Part shown: positions 28,567-41,196 of the stretch, in pieces
How the letters are laid out: every line of letters starts with the position of its first letter
How positions within the stretch are numbered: position 1 is the first letter of the stretch
Notes under the pieces: generated by a model
Databases searched by the model: none
The model's input: the letters and a program-made list of their open reading frames with translations, nothing else
What the model was told of the DNA's origin: nothing
Position numbers and translations under genes: made by a program
From: an uncultured bacterium
GTDB lineage: Bacteria; Patescibacteriota; Minisyncoccia; UBA6257; 2-01-FULL-56-20
Direction: 5' to 3'
Assembly: GCA_963807165.1 (NCBI GenBank)
Contig: CAWDZM010000001.1
Coordinates: forward strand, 289,521 to 353,520
Length of the DNA: 64,000 nucleotides

Positions 28567-28702
28567 CGCCACGGATAACATAGCAGGCACACATACTTTT
28601 GAGAACATCTCGGAAGCGCGTAGGCGCTGAGAGTAAGCGCGCGACCAGCAGGTCGCGACGCGGTTCTCAAACGTATGTGTGCCTGCTATGTTATCCGTGG
28701 CG
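28567..28702. repeat. Copy D of the structured hairpin repeat family: perfect 29-bp basal stem with a conserved core
   Basis: CGCCACGGATAACATAGCAGGCACACATA ... TATGTGTGCCTGCTATGTTATCCGTGGCG is a perfect inverted repeat. The core GCGC-GTAG-GCGC / CGCGCGACC-AGCA-GGTCGCGAC aligns with the other copies. The last codons and stop of ychF lie in the stem. Confidence 0.7.
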
Positions 28703-29719
28703 CACCTCCACCACATCCCCATCTGCAACGACGTATTCCTTTCCTTCCACGCGCAGCCAGCCTTTCTGCTTCGCTTTGCTCCAGCCGCCGGCTTCCAATA
28801 ATTTGTCGGTAGCGATTGCCTCCAACCGGATGAACTTGCTCTCGAAGTCGGTGTGGATGACGCCCGACGCTTGCGGCGCCTTCATGCCGCGCTCGATGGT
28901 CCACGCACGCGTCTCGTCCTCGCCGGTCGTAAAGAAGCTGATGAGGTCGAGCGTGTGATACGCTTTTTTTACGAGCTGAGCGATGCCCTGCGCGGCGGCA
29001 TCCTCCGACGCCAGGTCCACAACGAGATAATCCGCACCAAGCGACGCGATCTTATCTATCAATTCCCTTGATACGTCTGACTCTTTTCCGTTGATAAGAT
29101 AGAGTTGGCGTTTGATGGTCAGCAATCGCAGATCATTCAACCGCGGCTCGCTCTTTATCGCATTCGAAAGATCCGAGTCGCTCACCGGCAAGACGCCTTC
29201 TTCAAGCGACTTCTTCAACCGCAATAATATTTCTTTATCCAACAACGCCTCTTTCTTTCCCGAGCGCGCTTCCGCCTCAGTGCGCACCAATCGCTTATCT
29301 ACCGCCGCCAAATCTTTCAACATCAGTTCCAAATTGATCACATCAATGTCGCGTACCGGATCAACGGAATTGTCCACGTGGATGATGTCGGGGTTCTCGA
29401 ACGCGCGGACCACCATCACGATCGCCTGGGTCAGCTGGATGTCATCCAAGAATGCGTTGCCCAATCCCTCGCCCTTGTTCGCTCCCTTTACCAAACCGGC
29501 GATATCAAAAAATTCCACGACTGCGGGGATCTTCTTTTTTGATTTGCTCAGTTCGTTCAGTTTTTCCAGGCGCTCGTCCGGAACGGCAACGACGCCCACG
29601 TTCGGGTCGATCGTCGCGAACGGATAGTTCGCGATCGTAATGTTCTGCTTGGTGATCAAATGAAACAGCGTGGACTTGCCCACGTTCGGAAGCCCGACGA
29701 TGCCGATGGAGAGTTTCAT
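28691..29719 (-). CDS. ychF: Ribosome-binding ATPase YchF (Obg-family GTPase, TGS domain)
   Basis: MKLSIGIVGLPNVGKSTLF G1 motif, DIAGLV, NxxD and the C-terminal TGS domain. The start was taken at 29719. Confidence 0.85.
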   Translation of the reverse strand: MKLSIGIVGLPNVGKSTLFHLITKQNITIANYPFATIDPNVGVVAVPDERLEKLNELSKSKKKIPAVVEFFDIAGLVKGANKGEGLGNAFLDDIQLTQAIVMVVRAFENPDIIHVDNSVDPVRDIDVINLELMLKDLAAVDKRLVRTEAEARSGKKEALLDKEILLRLKKSLEEGVLPVSDSDLSNAIKSEPRLNDLRLLTIKRQLYLINGKESDVSRELIDKIASLGADYLVVDLASEDAAAQGIAQLVKKAYHTLDLISFFTTGEDETRAWTIERGMKAPQASGVIHTDFESKFIRLEAIATDKLLEAGGWSKAKQKGWLRVEGKEYVVADGDVVEVRHG

Positions 29720-29831
29720 ATTATGAATAACTATGTCGTGTTTTCGGAGAAAATTCAATCTTGACATTTTATTAAAAAACTTATACGATTTATTCGCATT
29801 ATCATCCAGCACCTTCACAAAGGAGATCGCA

Positions 29832-30332
29832 ATGGAATTGAACACTGACAATCGCGCGGCCAAGGCGGGAATTGGCTTAGCCATTCTCTTCGTAGTGGCC
29901 CTCTTCGCCCTGCTCATCTTCCGCATCATGTTCGTCAACTTCGTAGACAACTATGAGCTCGGCTACAAATTCGACGCACGCACCGGCCAAATCGAGATCC
30001 TCAAGCAACAGGGATACATCGTCACTCCTCCGTTTCTCGTGACGGTTCACACCGTGGACCTTCGCCCGATGCAGGTCTGCATCAACGCCAATGCCCGCGT
30101 TCTCAACTGCAAGCTGGTCAAATTCAACCCTGACGGCCTGCAGAAGTTCCTCGCATGGCACGGCCGCGCTGACTACACGAACGACGGTACACAGGATACA
30201 CCATCCAACTTCAACAAGATCATGATGAGCTACGCGTTCGACGGCAGCGGCAATACCTACCCGTTTCTGACCATTCTCCGGGAATTGAAACCCGAAGACC
30301 GGCCAGAACTCGAACAGGAGATCAAGAAGTGA
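29832..30332 (+). CDS. Membrane-anchored SPFH/band-7-like protein, tandem paralog 1
   Basis: N-terminal TM helix, then GYIVTPPFLVTVHTVDLRPMQV, which resembles the stomatin GLHFIVPFIDRVRKVDLR block. An AAGGAG SD precedes the ATG at 29832. Confidence 0.45.
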   Translation: MELNTDNRAAKAGIGLAILFVVALFALLIFRIMFVNFVDNYELGYKFDARTGQIEILKQQGYIVTPPFLVTVHTVDLRPMQVCINANARVLNCKLVKFNPDGLQKFLAWHGRADYTNDGTQDTPSNFNKIMMSYAFDGSGNTYPFLTILRELKPEDRPELEQEIKK

Positions 30333-30778
30333 GAAAGAAACTCTCGCTCTTCAGCACGGCCATCTTCGGCCTGCTGGCACTCTGCTATCTGTTCTGCTTT
30401 CACTACACGGAGGCATATCAGATCGGGATCAGGTGGAACTGGCTCACAGGCGAGTTGCAGAGCGATACCCACTCCGGGTTTCACTTCACTCCTCCTTGGG
30501 TACAGGTCGCACGGATCGACACACGGCCCGTCCGCGTTTGCATCACTTCGGCAAGTCGCGGCTTTAGCTGCAAGCTCGTGCAGTTCAACCCCGACGAATA
30601 TAAAACATTCATCGCCGTGCAGGGCTTCCACTATTACTGGTGGGCCAATCGCTTTTCCTTCAACTCGGGATACAGCGAGGAATACCGCGGAATGAAAGAC
30701 ATCATGCGCGGCTATGCCTACAGTTCGAAGCAATATCCCTTCATCGCCGTACTCCGCGAGTACAAGGATGCACCGTGA
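30329..30778 (+). CDS. Membrane-anchored SPFH/band-7-like protein, tandem paralog 2
   Basis: SGFHFTPPWVQVARIDTRPVRV is homologous to the upstream paralog. Its start overlaps the upstream stop. Confidence 0.45.
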   Translation: MRKKLSLFSTAIFGLLALCYLFCFHYTEAYQIGIRWNWLTGELQSDTHSGFHFTPPWVQVARIDTRPVRVCITSASRGFSCKLVQFNPDEYKTFIAVQGFHYYWWANRFSFNSGYSEEYRGMKDIMRGYAYSSKQYPFIAVLREYKDAP

Positions 30779-30850
30779 TCAATCTCTATCTTCTACTATT
30801 CGGCTGCCGTGAAATATCGGCAGCCGTTTTCTATTCTATAGATTATTACC

Positions 30851-31711
30851 CTACTGCGCCGTGCTTGTCGACATATATGACGGCAATGCGGTGAGATCGA
30901 TTGCCGATGTGCCGTCCTTCTGGATGATAAACGTAAACCCGAATGGATCCACCGGTACGGATGGGATGATCCCCTTTGCTACGAGCTCGTCAGTGGACGT
31001 CGGGAAAACGCCAAACTCTTTTTTGTATATCGCGGACGCGGCATCGAGATAATCAAAATCCTGCAAGTGGTCGATGTACGCCTGTGCGCGTGCCTGCACC
31101 TCCGGATCGTTCGTGGAATCTTTGATCGTCTCCCACAGCTGTTCGGTCTTTTGTCGCTGGTTGGTCTCAATGCCAAAATTCAGCGAGAACCGCTCGGCGT
31201 AACCGGGGATGCCCGGCGTCTCCGCGGCAAGGTTATAATACTTCGCCGCCTCCACATCGTCCTTCGCATAAAGAAATTCATTCGTCGCCATGTAGTACGG
31301 AATCCGCCAATCGGTATCGCCATTCGCGATCCCCTGCACGCCGATCGCATAAGCCTGCGCGACCGCCTGCGGATCATCCTCTGCCGGCACCGCGGGCAAC
31401 GTAAGCACTGCGAATGCGTATGGATAGCTCATCTTCGGATCGACGGCGTTCACAAACGCAAGGTCGGGAAAGAACTCTGTTTTTTTATTAAATAAATCTA
31501 AAATCTCCGGCATCGTCGTTGCCCACAAGAATGACGCGACCGCGGGATGGAATCCCATATCAATGAGCCGCACCATAAACGGCGACGCAGTCTGCGTGGT
31601 CGACGCGGGCAGAGTGATCTTCGTCGCATCATATTCGAACTGCAGAAGCGCCACGAGCGCGAGCAACAATCCCAACACCACTATTTTTGTGTAGCCGTTC
31701 AGCCGCGCCAT
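30851..31711 (-). CDS. Secreted/periplasmic hypothetical protein encoded next to the ABC-2 exporter
   Basis: Signal peptide plus a 286-aa soluble domain. Confidence 0.5.
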   Translation of the reverse strand: MARLNGYTKIVVLGLLLALVALLQFEYDATKITLPASTTQTASPFMVRLIDMGFHPAVASFLWATTMPEILDLFNKKTEFFPDLAFVNAVDPKMSYPYAFAVLTLPAVPAEDDPQAVAQAYAIGVQGIANGDTDWRIPYYMATNEFLYAKDDVEAAKYYNLAAETPGIPGYAERFSLNFGIETNQRQKTEQLWETIKDSTNDPEVQARAQAYIDHLQDFDYLDAASAIYKKEFGVFPTSTDELVAKGIIPSVPVDPFGFTFIIQKDGTSAIDLTALPSYMSTSTAQ

Positions 31712-32476
31712 TTATATTTCCTTCTTATCAAATATCCACACTGCGGCGGTAAGAAGAAGAATGATGTACACCACGGCGTACGCAACGGCGAGGCCGAACG
31801 AGATCCATGGCGTGGCGACCGCGTGGATCGCAAAATTTCGCGCGTCGAACTTTTCCAGGTTTGGGAATACGTAATAGAGGATTTCCACGAACAGTAATTT
31901 GATGCCGCCCAGATTGATCGCTTTCGCATCGGCGACGAGCTGGCTCACGATATGGCCAAGGAAGAACACGCCGGAGGTATAGACGATGGAAAGCAACGAA
32001 CTGCTGAATGTGGAGACAAAGATCGCGAACGCGAGGAAGAGTGCCATCTCCAGGAATTGCATCGCGATGGCCGCAAGCCCGATCCAATCGAACCCCGCGT
32101 GCTCAAAAAGCACAACGCCTGCATACGCCGCGCCAAGAATCGCACTCGTAAGCAGGAGCACCATGCACAGCCCGAAGAATTTTCCCAACAGGAACTGCAT
32201 GCGCGACACCGGCTTGGAGAGAATAAAGTAGACCACTTTGCGATCCACATCTTTAAAAAATGACGTCGTCCCGAGGAACAGCGCGATGATCGCGTTAAAG
32301 AAATAGATGCCCGTCAAGCCGAACGCCTTGATCATCGTCGGCTCTTTGAGTACCAGATCGGCAAGGAACAGCATAAAGAAAATATAGAGCAGGCCGAACA
32401 CGATGATGCCGTAGAGGATCTTGTCGCGAATCTCGAGTGTGAGGGTATTTTTTGCGATGATGAAGATATTTTTCAT
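31712..32476 (-). CDS. ABC-2 type transporter permease
   Basis: Six-TM 254-aa permease immediately downstream of the ABC ATPase. Confidence 0.7.
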   Translation of the reverse strand: MKNIFIIAKNTLTLEIRDKILYGIIVFGLLYIFFMLFLADLVLKEPTMIKAFGLTGIYFFNAIIALFLGTTSFFKDVDRKVVYFILSKPVSRMQFLLGKFFGLCMVLLLTSAILGAAYAGVVLFEHAGFDWIGLAAIAMQFLEMALFLAFAIFVSTFSSSLLSIVYTSGVFFLGHIVSQLVADAKAINLGGIKLLFVEILYYVFPNLEKFDARNFAIHAVATPWISFGLAVAYAVVYIILLLTAAVWIFDKKEI

Positions 32477-32480
32477 ATTA

Positions 32481-33233
32481 TTATGCGATAGCAGGCGCGG
32501 CAGAATGTTCCGCCGCTTCGTGTGCCTCGACGACCTCCATAAATCGCTCCTCGAGCGGCTTACCCGCGCAGAAAGCTTTTACCGATCCGGCATAAAGCAA
32601 TTTCCCGTGATGAATGATCCCTACTTCATCACATATCTCTTCCACGTCGGCAAGAATATGCGTATTGAGAAAAACCTTCCGGCCTTCGTGCTTAAGATCA
32701 AGCATCACCTCTTTCATTTCGCGGCGGCCGATCGGATCAAGGCCGTCGAGCGGCTCGTCTAAAAATAAATACTCCGGATCATTGACGAGTGATTGTGCAA
32801 AGCCGAGGCGCTGGCGCATACCCTTGGAGTATGTGCGGATCTCCGCATTGCGCGCGCCGAAGATGCCCACCTTTTTTAAAATTTCCTCGTAATGCGTCCG
32901 CCGCGCCGCCGGACTCGCACCGCTGTTATTGTTATCAAACAGCTCGTCACAAAATCGCAAAAATTCCATGCCGGTCATGCGCTCGTAGAAGTACGGCGTC
33001 TCCGGCATGTAGCCCAGCTTCTTCTTGAAAATCGGATGCGACGAGAGCGCCCCGTCGATCGTGATCGTGCCGCTTGTGGGCGCAAGCAGGCCCACGATCA
33101 TCTTCATGATCGTCGTCTTCCCCGCACCGTTCTGCCCCAAAAACCCAAAGATCGGCACATCCACGGAAAGGGTGAAGTCGTCCACGACCACCCGTTTTTT
33201 ATAGGCCTTCGTTAAATGCGAGAAATCCACCAT
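32481..33233 (-). CDS. ABC transporter ATP-binding protein
   Basis: Walker A GQNGAGKTT, signature LSKGMRQRL and Walker B LFLDEP. Confidence 0.85.
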   Translation of the reverse strand: MVDFSHLTKAYKKRVVVDDFTLSVDVPIFGFLGQNGAGKTTIMKMIVGLLAPTSGTITIDGALSSHPIFKKKLGYMPETPYFYERMTGMEFLRFCDELFDNNNSGASPAARRTHYEEILKKVGIFGARNAEIRTYSKGMRQRLGFAQSLVNDPEYLFLDEPLDGLDPIGRREMKEVMLDLKHEGRKVFLNTHILADVEEICDEVGIIHHGKLLYAGSVKAFCAGKPLEERFMEVVEAHEAAEHSAAPAIA

Positions 33234-33274
33234 AGGGAGATTATAGCAAGAAAAACCAACTCTGAAAAAGCCTC

Positions 33275-34045
33275 CTAGCTATATTCCACCGGCACACTCT
33301 CAAACTTGTTTTTGGTAACAATGACATGATCCAATAAGCTGATGCCGAGGATCTTCCCCGCTTCCACGATCTGGCGCGTGATCGCGATGTCCGCGTCGCT
33401 CGGCTTCGCCACGCCGGAGGGATGGTTGTGCGCGAGGATCACCGCCGATGCGGAATACTCGAGCGCCGGACGAAACACTTCGCGCGGATGGATAATGTTC
33501 GACGTCAGTGTGCCGATGGAAACGACCTCGTCGTGGATCAATTGGTAGTGCGCATCCAAATATAATCCGCGCAAGTGCTCCTTTGGTAAATCCTGCATAT
33601 CTTTAAGGTACGCGTAGACTTGGCTCGCAGTGCGAATAGTAATCGGCTTCTTGCCGGACTGATCCTTAAAAAACCGGCGGCCAAGCTCGAAACACGCAAC
33701 AACCTGACACGCCTTGCCGAGCGGGATATCGAGCAGTTCGGAGATCTTCGCCGGATCCTTTTGGTTGACGATCGCGCTATCGCCATACTCTTTTAATAAC
33801 CGATGAGACATAGTGAGTACTTCTTCCTTCTTTGTTCCGACATTCAGCACCACCGCAAAGAGTTCAGCGAGCGAGAGCACTGACGGGCCATACTTCACCA
33901 GCTTCTCACGCGGCTTCTCGTTGGCGGGAAGGTCACGGAGTTTTAGAACATAGTGTTTCTCTTTTTCGCTGTCGTTATCGAGGACGAGATCGCCCGACGA
34001 CGCCTGAAGATAGATTTTTTTGGAGGCCATAGTGGTTTGATTCAT
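33275..34045 (-). CDS. radC: RadC-like JAB/MPN domain protein
   Basis: HNHPSG JAMM motif with a HhH-containing N-terminal region. Confidence 0.8.
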   Translation of the reverse strand: MNQTTMASKKIYLQASSGDLVLDNDSEKEKHYVLKLRDLPANEKPREKLVKYGPSVLSLAELFAVVLNVGTKKEEVLTMSHRLLKEYGDSAIVNQKDPAKISELLDIPLGKACQVVACFELGRRFFKDQSGKKPITIRTASQVYAYLKDMQDLPKEHLRGLYLDAHYQLIHDEVVSIGTLTSNIIHPREVFRPALEYSASAVILAHNHPSGVAKPSDADIAITRQIVEAGKILGISLLDHVIVTKNKFESVPVEYS

Positions 34046-35067
34046 GAGTTAATTATAGCAGAAATGTCTTGGGGCGGGCTGGCGGAAGGATGCACTGCCT
34101 GCCCGACGGAGGGCGGTGCGGCGAGCGGCAAAGATACGATGAACCGGCTCCCCTTACCAACGTCGCTTTCCGCGACGATCTTTCCACCGTGCGCCTCCAC
34201 AATCTCCTGGCAAATATTAAGGCCTATGCCGTGGCTTGGCTCAACGGGTTGGACGCTTGCAGCAGAGCTATCACCATCAGCAAAAGCAATCGGGTGATGC
34301 GCTATCCGATAGAACCGCTCAAAGATGTGCGGCAGAGCATCCGGCGCGATCCCACGACCCGAGTCCTCTACCGTGACCAACGCGGCAGCGGTAGCCCGCT
34401 CTGTCCGCAAAACGATAGCGCCGCCGCGCGGCGTGTGCTTGAGCGCATTGCTGATGAGGTTCAAAAATACTTCTCTCAATCTATCCCGGTCAGCATATAC
34501 GATCATAGTATCCATACCGTCGCTTTTTGAATTGATATCTCTATCGAGCGAAAGACGAATGCCTCTGTCTTCGGCAAGAAGCTGGCAATCCTCGCATATT
34601 TCAAGGAGTAGAACATCCAACGCAACGGGCGTTTTGTTTAATATTTTTTTAGAAAATTTTAACTTTGCGCCCTCGAGGACGTTACCGATCATACGCGACA
34701 TACCGTCGAGTGTTGCCACGATCACCCGCTCCGCGCGTTCACGTTCTGCTTCCGCAATATTCTTTCGCTGGAGCAGCTCCACATTGCCACGCAGGATGGC
34801 AATCGGCGTTTGAAGCTCGTGGGAAATATTAGTGATAAATTCTGCGTGGAGATCCCGCTCGCCGCGTGAGAATATGGCATCGGTGGCGCAGTCAAAGAAT
34901 CGCTTGCATGGCGCAAACGAAAGCGCCCCGATGATCGCGGCTAAAATATCAACGACCTCGTCATTGGGGTATAAATATTTTTCAGTGACGAACTCGACAG
35001 TGAAAAATATGGCCGCGATCGCGGTGATCGATAGAAAGTAGGATATGGTGCGGACGCGCATTCTCAC
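34042..35067 (-). CDS. Sensor histidine kinase with no adjacent response regulator
   Basis: H-box ISHELQTPIA, plus N, G1 and G2 boxes (GGKIVAESDVGKGSRF), and N-terminal TM helices. Confidence 0.8.
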   Translation of the reverse strand: MRMRVRTISYFLSITAIAAIFFTVEFVTEKYLYPNDEVVDILAAIIGALSFAPCKRFFDCATDAIFSRGERDLHAEFITNISHELQTPIAILRGNVELLQRKNIAEAERERAERVIVATLDGMSRMIGNVLEGAKLKFSKKILNKTPVALDVLLLEICEDCQLLAEDRGIRLSLDRDINSKSDGMDTMIVYADRDRLREVFLNLISNALKHTPRGGAIVLRTERATAAALVTVEDSGRGIAPDALPHIFERFYRIAHHPIAFADGDSSAASVQPVEPSHGIGLNICQEIVEAHGGKIVAESDVGKGSRFIVSLPLAAPPSVGQAVHPSASPPQDISAIINS

Positions 35068-35109
35068 TTCCCCACCATACCAAAACGGTGTATAAAGAAA
35101 AGATAAAGA

Positions 35110-35191
35110 CGCAATAAGACAAGCCCCTCCTTTTTCACCGTTGATTATTATTACTAGGTGAAAAAGGAGGGGCTTGTCTTATTGCGTCGCC
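35110..35191. terminator. Long perfect hairpin (32-bp stem, 17-nt loop) at the 3' end of the FAD-oxidase gene
   Basis: GACGCAATAAGACAAGCCCCTCCTTTTTCACC / GGTGAAAAAGGAGGGGCTTGTCTTATTGCGTC is a perfect inverted repeat. The stop codon at 35179 lies in the stem. Confidence 0.5.
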
Positions 35192-36840
35192 TGGATGTGG
35201 TCCTCGCTGTATTTCAGGCTTCCGCCCACCTTTTTGCCCGGATTGAAGATATTCAGCGGATCGAAAATCTTCTTCGTCTCTATAAATAGCTGTTCAATCT
35301 TCGCCCCATACATTTCTTCTAGATATGGCGTGCGAATCAGGCCGTCGTTATGTTCCGCCGTGATCGAGCCTTTATATTGGAACACCAGCCGATAGACTTC
35401 CTCGGAAATCTTTGGGATCAATGCCTTTACGCGGGGATCCTTTAGATTCATCAACGGAATGATATGAAAGTTGCCATTGCCGGGATGGCCGGCGATGGTA
35501 TAGATCAAATCCTTTTTATATTTATCCAGGATCGCATTCACTTTTGGCAATACCTCCGGCATATATTCCGGCTTAACGATGAAGTCGTCAATGAACGGCG
35601 CAGTATCCAAGCCGGTCGTATTGTTATGGAGCAGGGCAAAGCTTTGTCGGCGAATTGTCCAATACTTCCCCTCTGCCTTCTCATTATGCAAGGGATGAAC
35701 GCGAATGCCCTTATGCGTCTTCGCAAACGTGCGAATATCCGCGGCAAGCGCGACAAGCTGTGTATCGAGTTCCTTCTCATCATTGCCGGTCAATTCCACA
35801 AGCATAATCATCTTCGGCATGCCGCCGCTCAATACCATCCACGCTTCGGGAATAAACTGGAATCCCAGCGTAAAAATATTGCCTTCCATCGATTTCATCA
35901 CTTGACGCCAGAGCTTCATCGCAAATCCGATGGTTTTATCATCATATGACTCGATGCTTTCCGGGTGGAACGGCAAAATATTTTCCACGAGCTCTGCCAC
36001 CGGCACAAGATCCTTCAAGAACACAACGCAGAGACGCGAATGTTTTTTGATCGGCACCAACTTGATCTTCGCCTCGGTAAGCATGCCGAACGTCCCCTGC
36101 GAACCGACGATCACTTTAGTGATATCGAACACACCGGTCGTGCGATCCCATACATTCCATAAATAATATCCCGCGGAATTTTTGGAGACGTCCGGCTTGG
36201 CAGCTTTGATGATATCGTAGTTGTCGTCGACAAGCTTATAGAGCTTGCGGTACAGTTCACCTTCAAAACTCTGTTCGGCAAGTTTTGCCTTAAGCGTATC
36301 ACCCGCGAGCGGCTGCAGGGTGTGCTCTTCTCCGTCGGCGAGTACGATCTTGACCGCTTGCACGTAATCCTCCGTTTTTCCGTATGCGAGCGTCTTTTCG
36401 CCGCCGGAATTGTTATTAATCATTCCACCCAGCGCACAAAGATCTTTCGATGCGGGGTATGGCGGATACAATAATTCCTTCTCGGTCAGCGCCTTCTCAA
36501 AATCGCGGAAGTAAACACCGGGCTGAACCTTTGCCTCGTCCGCGCCGATCTCTATAATATGATTGAAATATTTTGTGAACGAAACAATAATCCCCTGATT
36601 AAGCGGCCCGCCCGTCATATCCGTTCCTGCGGAACGGCCGGTGAGTGACATATCCTCCCCCGCCGCTTTTTTCTGCGCGACGAGCTTTACCAGATTTTTT
36701 ATATCGTCCACATCTTTTGGAAACACCACCACCTGTGGCCGGACTTTGAACAGCGAATAGTCGCGGCTATATTTTGTAAGCGTGGCATCGTCCACTGCAA
36801 CATCCCCGTGGAAAAACTGTTTTATTTCGTCGGCGATCAT
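35179..36840 (-). CDS. FAD-linked oxidase (GlcD / D-lactate dehydrogenase family)
   Basis: N-terminal FAD-binding PCMH domain and a C-terminal FAD-oxidase domain, 553 aa. Confidence 0.75.
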   Translation of the reverse strand: MIADEIKQFFHGDVAVDDATLTKYSRDYSLFKVRPQVVVFPKDVDDIKNLVKLVAQKKAAGEDMSLTGRSAGTDMTGGPLNQGIIVSFTKYFNHIIEIGADEAKVQPGVYFRDFEKALTEKELLYPPYPASKDLCALGGMINNNSGGEKTLAYGKTEDYVQAVKIVLADGEEHTLQPLAGDTLKAKLAEQSFEGELYRKLYKLVDDNYDIIKAAKPDVSKNSAGYYLWNVWDRTTGVFDITKVIVGSQGTFGMLTEAKIKLVPIKKHSRLCVVFLKDLVPVAELVENILPFHPESIESYDDKTIGFAMKLWRQVMKSMEGNIFTLGFQFIPEAWMVLSGGMPKMIMLVELTGNDEKELDTQLVALAADIRTFAKTHKGIRVHPLHNEKAEGKYWTIRRQSFALLHNNTTGLDTAPFIDDFIVKPEYMPEVLPKVNAILDKYKKDLIYTIAGHPGNGNFHIIPLMNLKDPRVKALIPKISEEVYRLVFQYKGSITAEHNDGLIRTPYLEEMYGAKIEQLFIETKKIFDPLNIFNPGKKVGGSLKYSEDHIQATQ

Positions 36841-36866
36841 ACTATTAATAATACCATGCGCGCGTA

Positions 36867-38171
36867 TCAGTGAAACGTGGCAACGCGACGCAACGCCCGA
36901 TGATAGCCAATCGCGAACCGATGCGCCTCGTCACGCACTTTAATGAGCGTCGCTTTTTGCACGCCCTTCGGTATGAGGCCGATGATATCATTGCGATCGC
37001 GGCGCGGGCCCTTCGCGATACCAACGATAGGGATCTTTATACCGGCGCGGAGCAAAACGCGCCGCGCGGTGTTCACTTGCGCCAAGCCGCCGTCGATGAG
37101 CACAAGGTCGGGCATCGGCCAGCGGTTTTTTATCGAAGCGGCGCCATCCATCGGAGCCTCGTGCGCAAAGCGCCGCTCTAATACTTCCTTCAGCATGCCG
37201 ACATCGTTCGGCTGGAAGATACTTTTAATCTTAAACTTGCGATACTCACTCTTGTTGGGCTCGCCATCCTCGAAGACCACCATTGATCCGACGGCACTCG
37301 TACCAGAGATGTTCGAGATATCATAGCCCTCGATGCGATAGCCGGCGCGGAGCGTCGTGCCAACGCCAACCGCGCCCCGCGCCCCCGGCGCCACCAACGC
37401 ATCAGTGTCGGAGATGAGCGCCGTATCGCGAATATGCCGGAGTGCGAACATCTGCCGCCGCAACGTCTCCGCCCGTTCAAACTCCTGCTTCTTGCTCGCC
37501 GCCTTCATATCTTTTTCGATCGCGCGGATGATACGCGCCTTCTTGCCGCCAAAAAATAGCGCGAGCCGATCGATGTTTTTCATATAATCATCGTGCGTGA
37601 TCGCGCCAACGCACGTGCCCGGGCATAATCCGATCTCGTAGTTAAAACAAGGTCGCTTCATCCGGCCGATCTCATCCGCATCGTGAGTATTCCATGGAAA
37701 TATTTTACGCAAAATGCGCAACGCCTCACGCGCGCTCGAGGCGGATGTGAACGGGCCGAAGCGTTTGCCCTGCACAACGCCCCCGCCAGCACTTGCAACG
37801 CCGCGACCCTCTGCCACCCCACTCCCGCGCACAAGCAACACCCGCGGGAACTTTTCGCGCGTGATCTCAAAGTATAAAAAACTCTTGTCATCTTTTTCAC
37901 GCACATTGAACGGCGGCGTGATCGTTTTGATCAACTCCGCTTCGCGAATCAACGCCTCGAGCGCGGTATCTTTTTGTTCGAAATCGATCGTAGCGATCTT
38001 ACTCACCAGCGTCTGGATGCGCACATCGTGCGGGCGCTCGAAATAGCTCGACACGCGCCGCCGCAGATTGGCCGCCTTGCCGACATATAAAATATGGCCG
38101 GCTACGTCCTTCATGATATAGACGCCCGGCGTTTCAGGAAACTTTTTATATGGGACAGAAGTTTTTACCAT
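36867..38171 (-). CDS. uvrC: Excinuclease ABC subunit C, short form (434 aa)
   Basis: GIY-YIG N-terminus (GVYIMKDVAGHILYVGKAANLRRR), a UvrBC-interaction region and an RNase H-like endonuclease domain. Confidence 0.8.
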   Translation of the reverse strand: MVKTSVPYKKFPETPGVYIMKDVAGHILYVGKAANLRRRVSSYFERPHDVRIQTLVSKIATIDFEQKDTALEALIREAELIKTITPPFNVREKDDKSFLYFEITREKFPRVLLVRGSGVAEGRGVASAGGGVVQGKRFGPFTSASSAREALRILRKIFPWNTHDADEIGRMKRPCFNYEIGLCPGTCVGAITHDDYMKNIDRLALFFGGKKARIIRAIEKDMKAASKKQEFERAETLRRQMFALRHIRDTALISDTDALVAPGARGAVGVGTTLRAGYRIEGYDISNISGTSAVGSMVVFEDGEPNKSEYRKFKIKSIFQPNDVGMLKEVLERRFAHEAPMDGAASIKNRWPMPDLVLIDGGLAQVNTARRVLLRAGIKIPIVGIAKGPRRDRNDIIGLIPKGVQKATLIKVRDEAHRFAIGYHRALRRVATFH

Positions 38172-38450
38172 CTAGTCCTGCAGTAACACATGCACCGCGC
38201 ACTTCTCAAGCATCGGCACCGCGCCCTCTATCTCCTCGTTGATATGCTCAAGCGGGATTGCCGCGCCACCGTTCTCAAACCGCAATTCATTTTCATAAAT
38301 ATAGGCAACCTTATGACCCTCCATATTATAAATAAAATTATTCTCAAAATAGCCGAGCTTTTGGCCGCCCTGATCCGTACGGACGTGATTGCCATCAATC
38401 CACGCGATCTTTTGCCCATCCCGCCATATCTTGTTTTCGAAGATTTTCAT
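38172..38450 (-). CDS. Hypothetical repeat protein between uvrA and uvrC
   Basis: 92 aa with three roughly 17-aa repeats (GQKIAWIDGNHVRTDQG-like). Confidence 0.4.
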   Translation of the reverse strand: MKIFENKIWRDGQKIAWIDGNHVRTDQGGQKLGYFENNFIYNMEGHKVAYIYENELRFENGGAAIPLEHINEEIEGAVPMLEKCAVHVLLQD

Positions 38451-38487
38451 AATATGATTATACCTTTTTTAATTAAAATTTAATCTT

Positions 38488-41076
<2,589 letters not shown>

Positions 41077-41196
41077 AAAGTTTTAATGTTTCTGTACGTT
41101 AGGCTTACCTCGCTAAATAGACAAAAATGCCCCACGCGTGGCTTATATAGGGATCTATGAGAGAAAGTTTAGCCCGCTTTATGGCGGAGGTCAACT

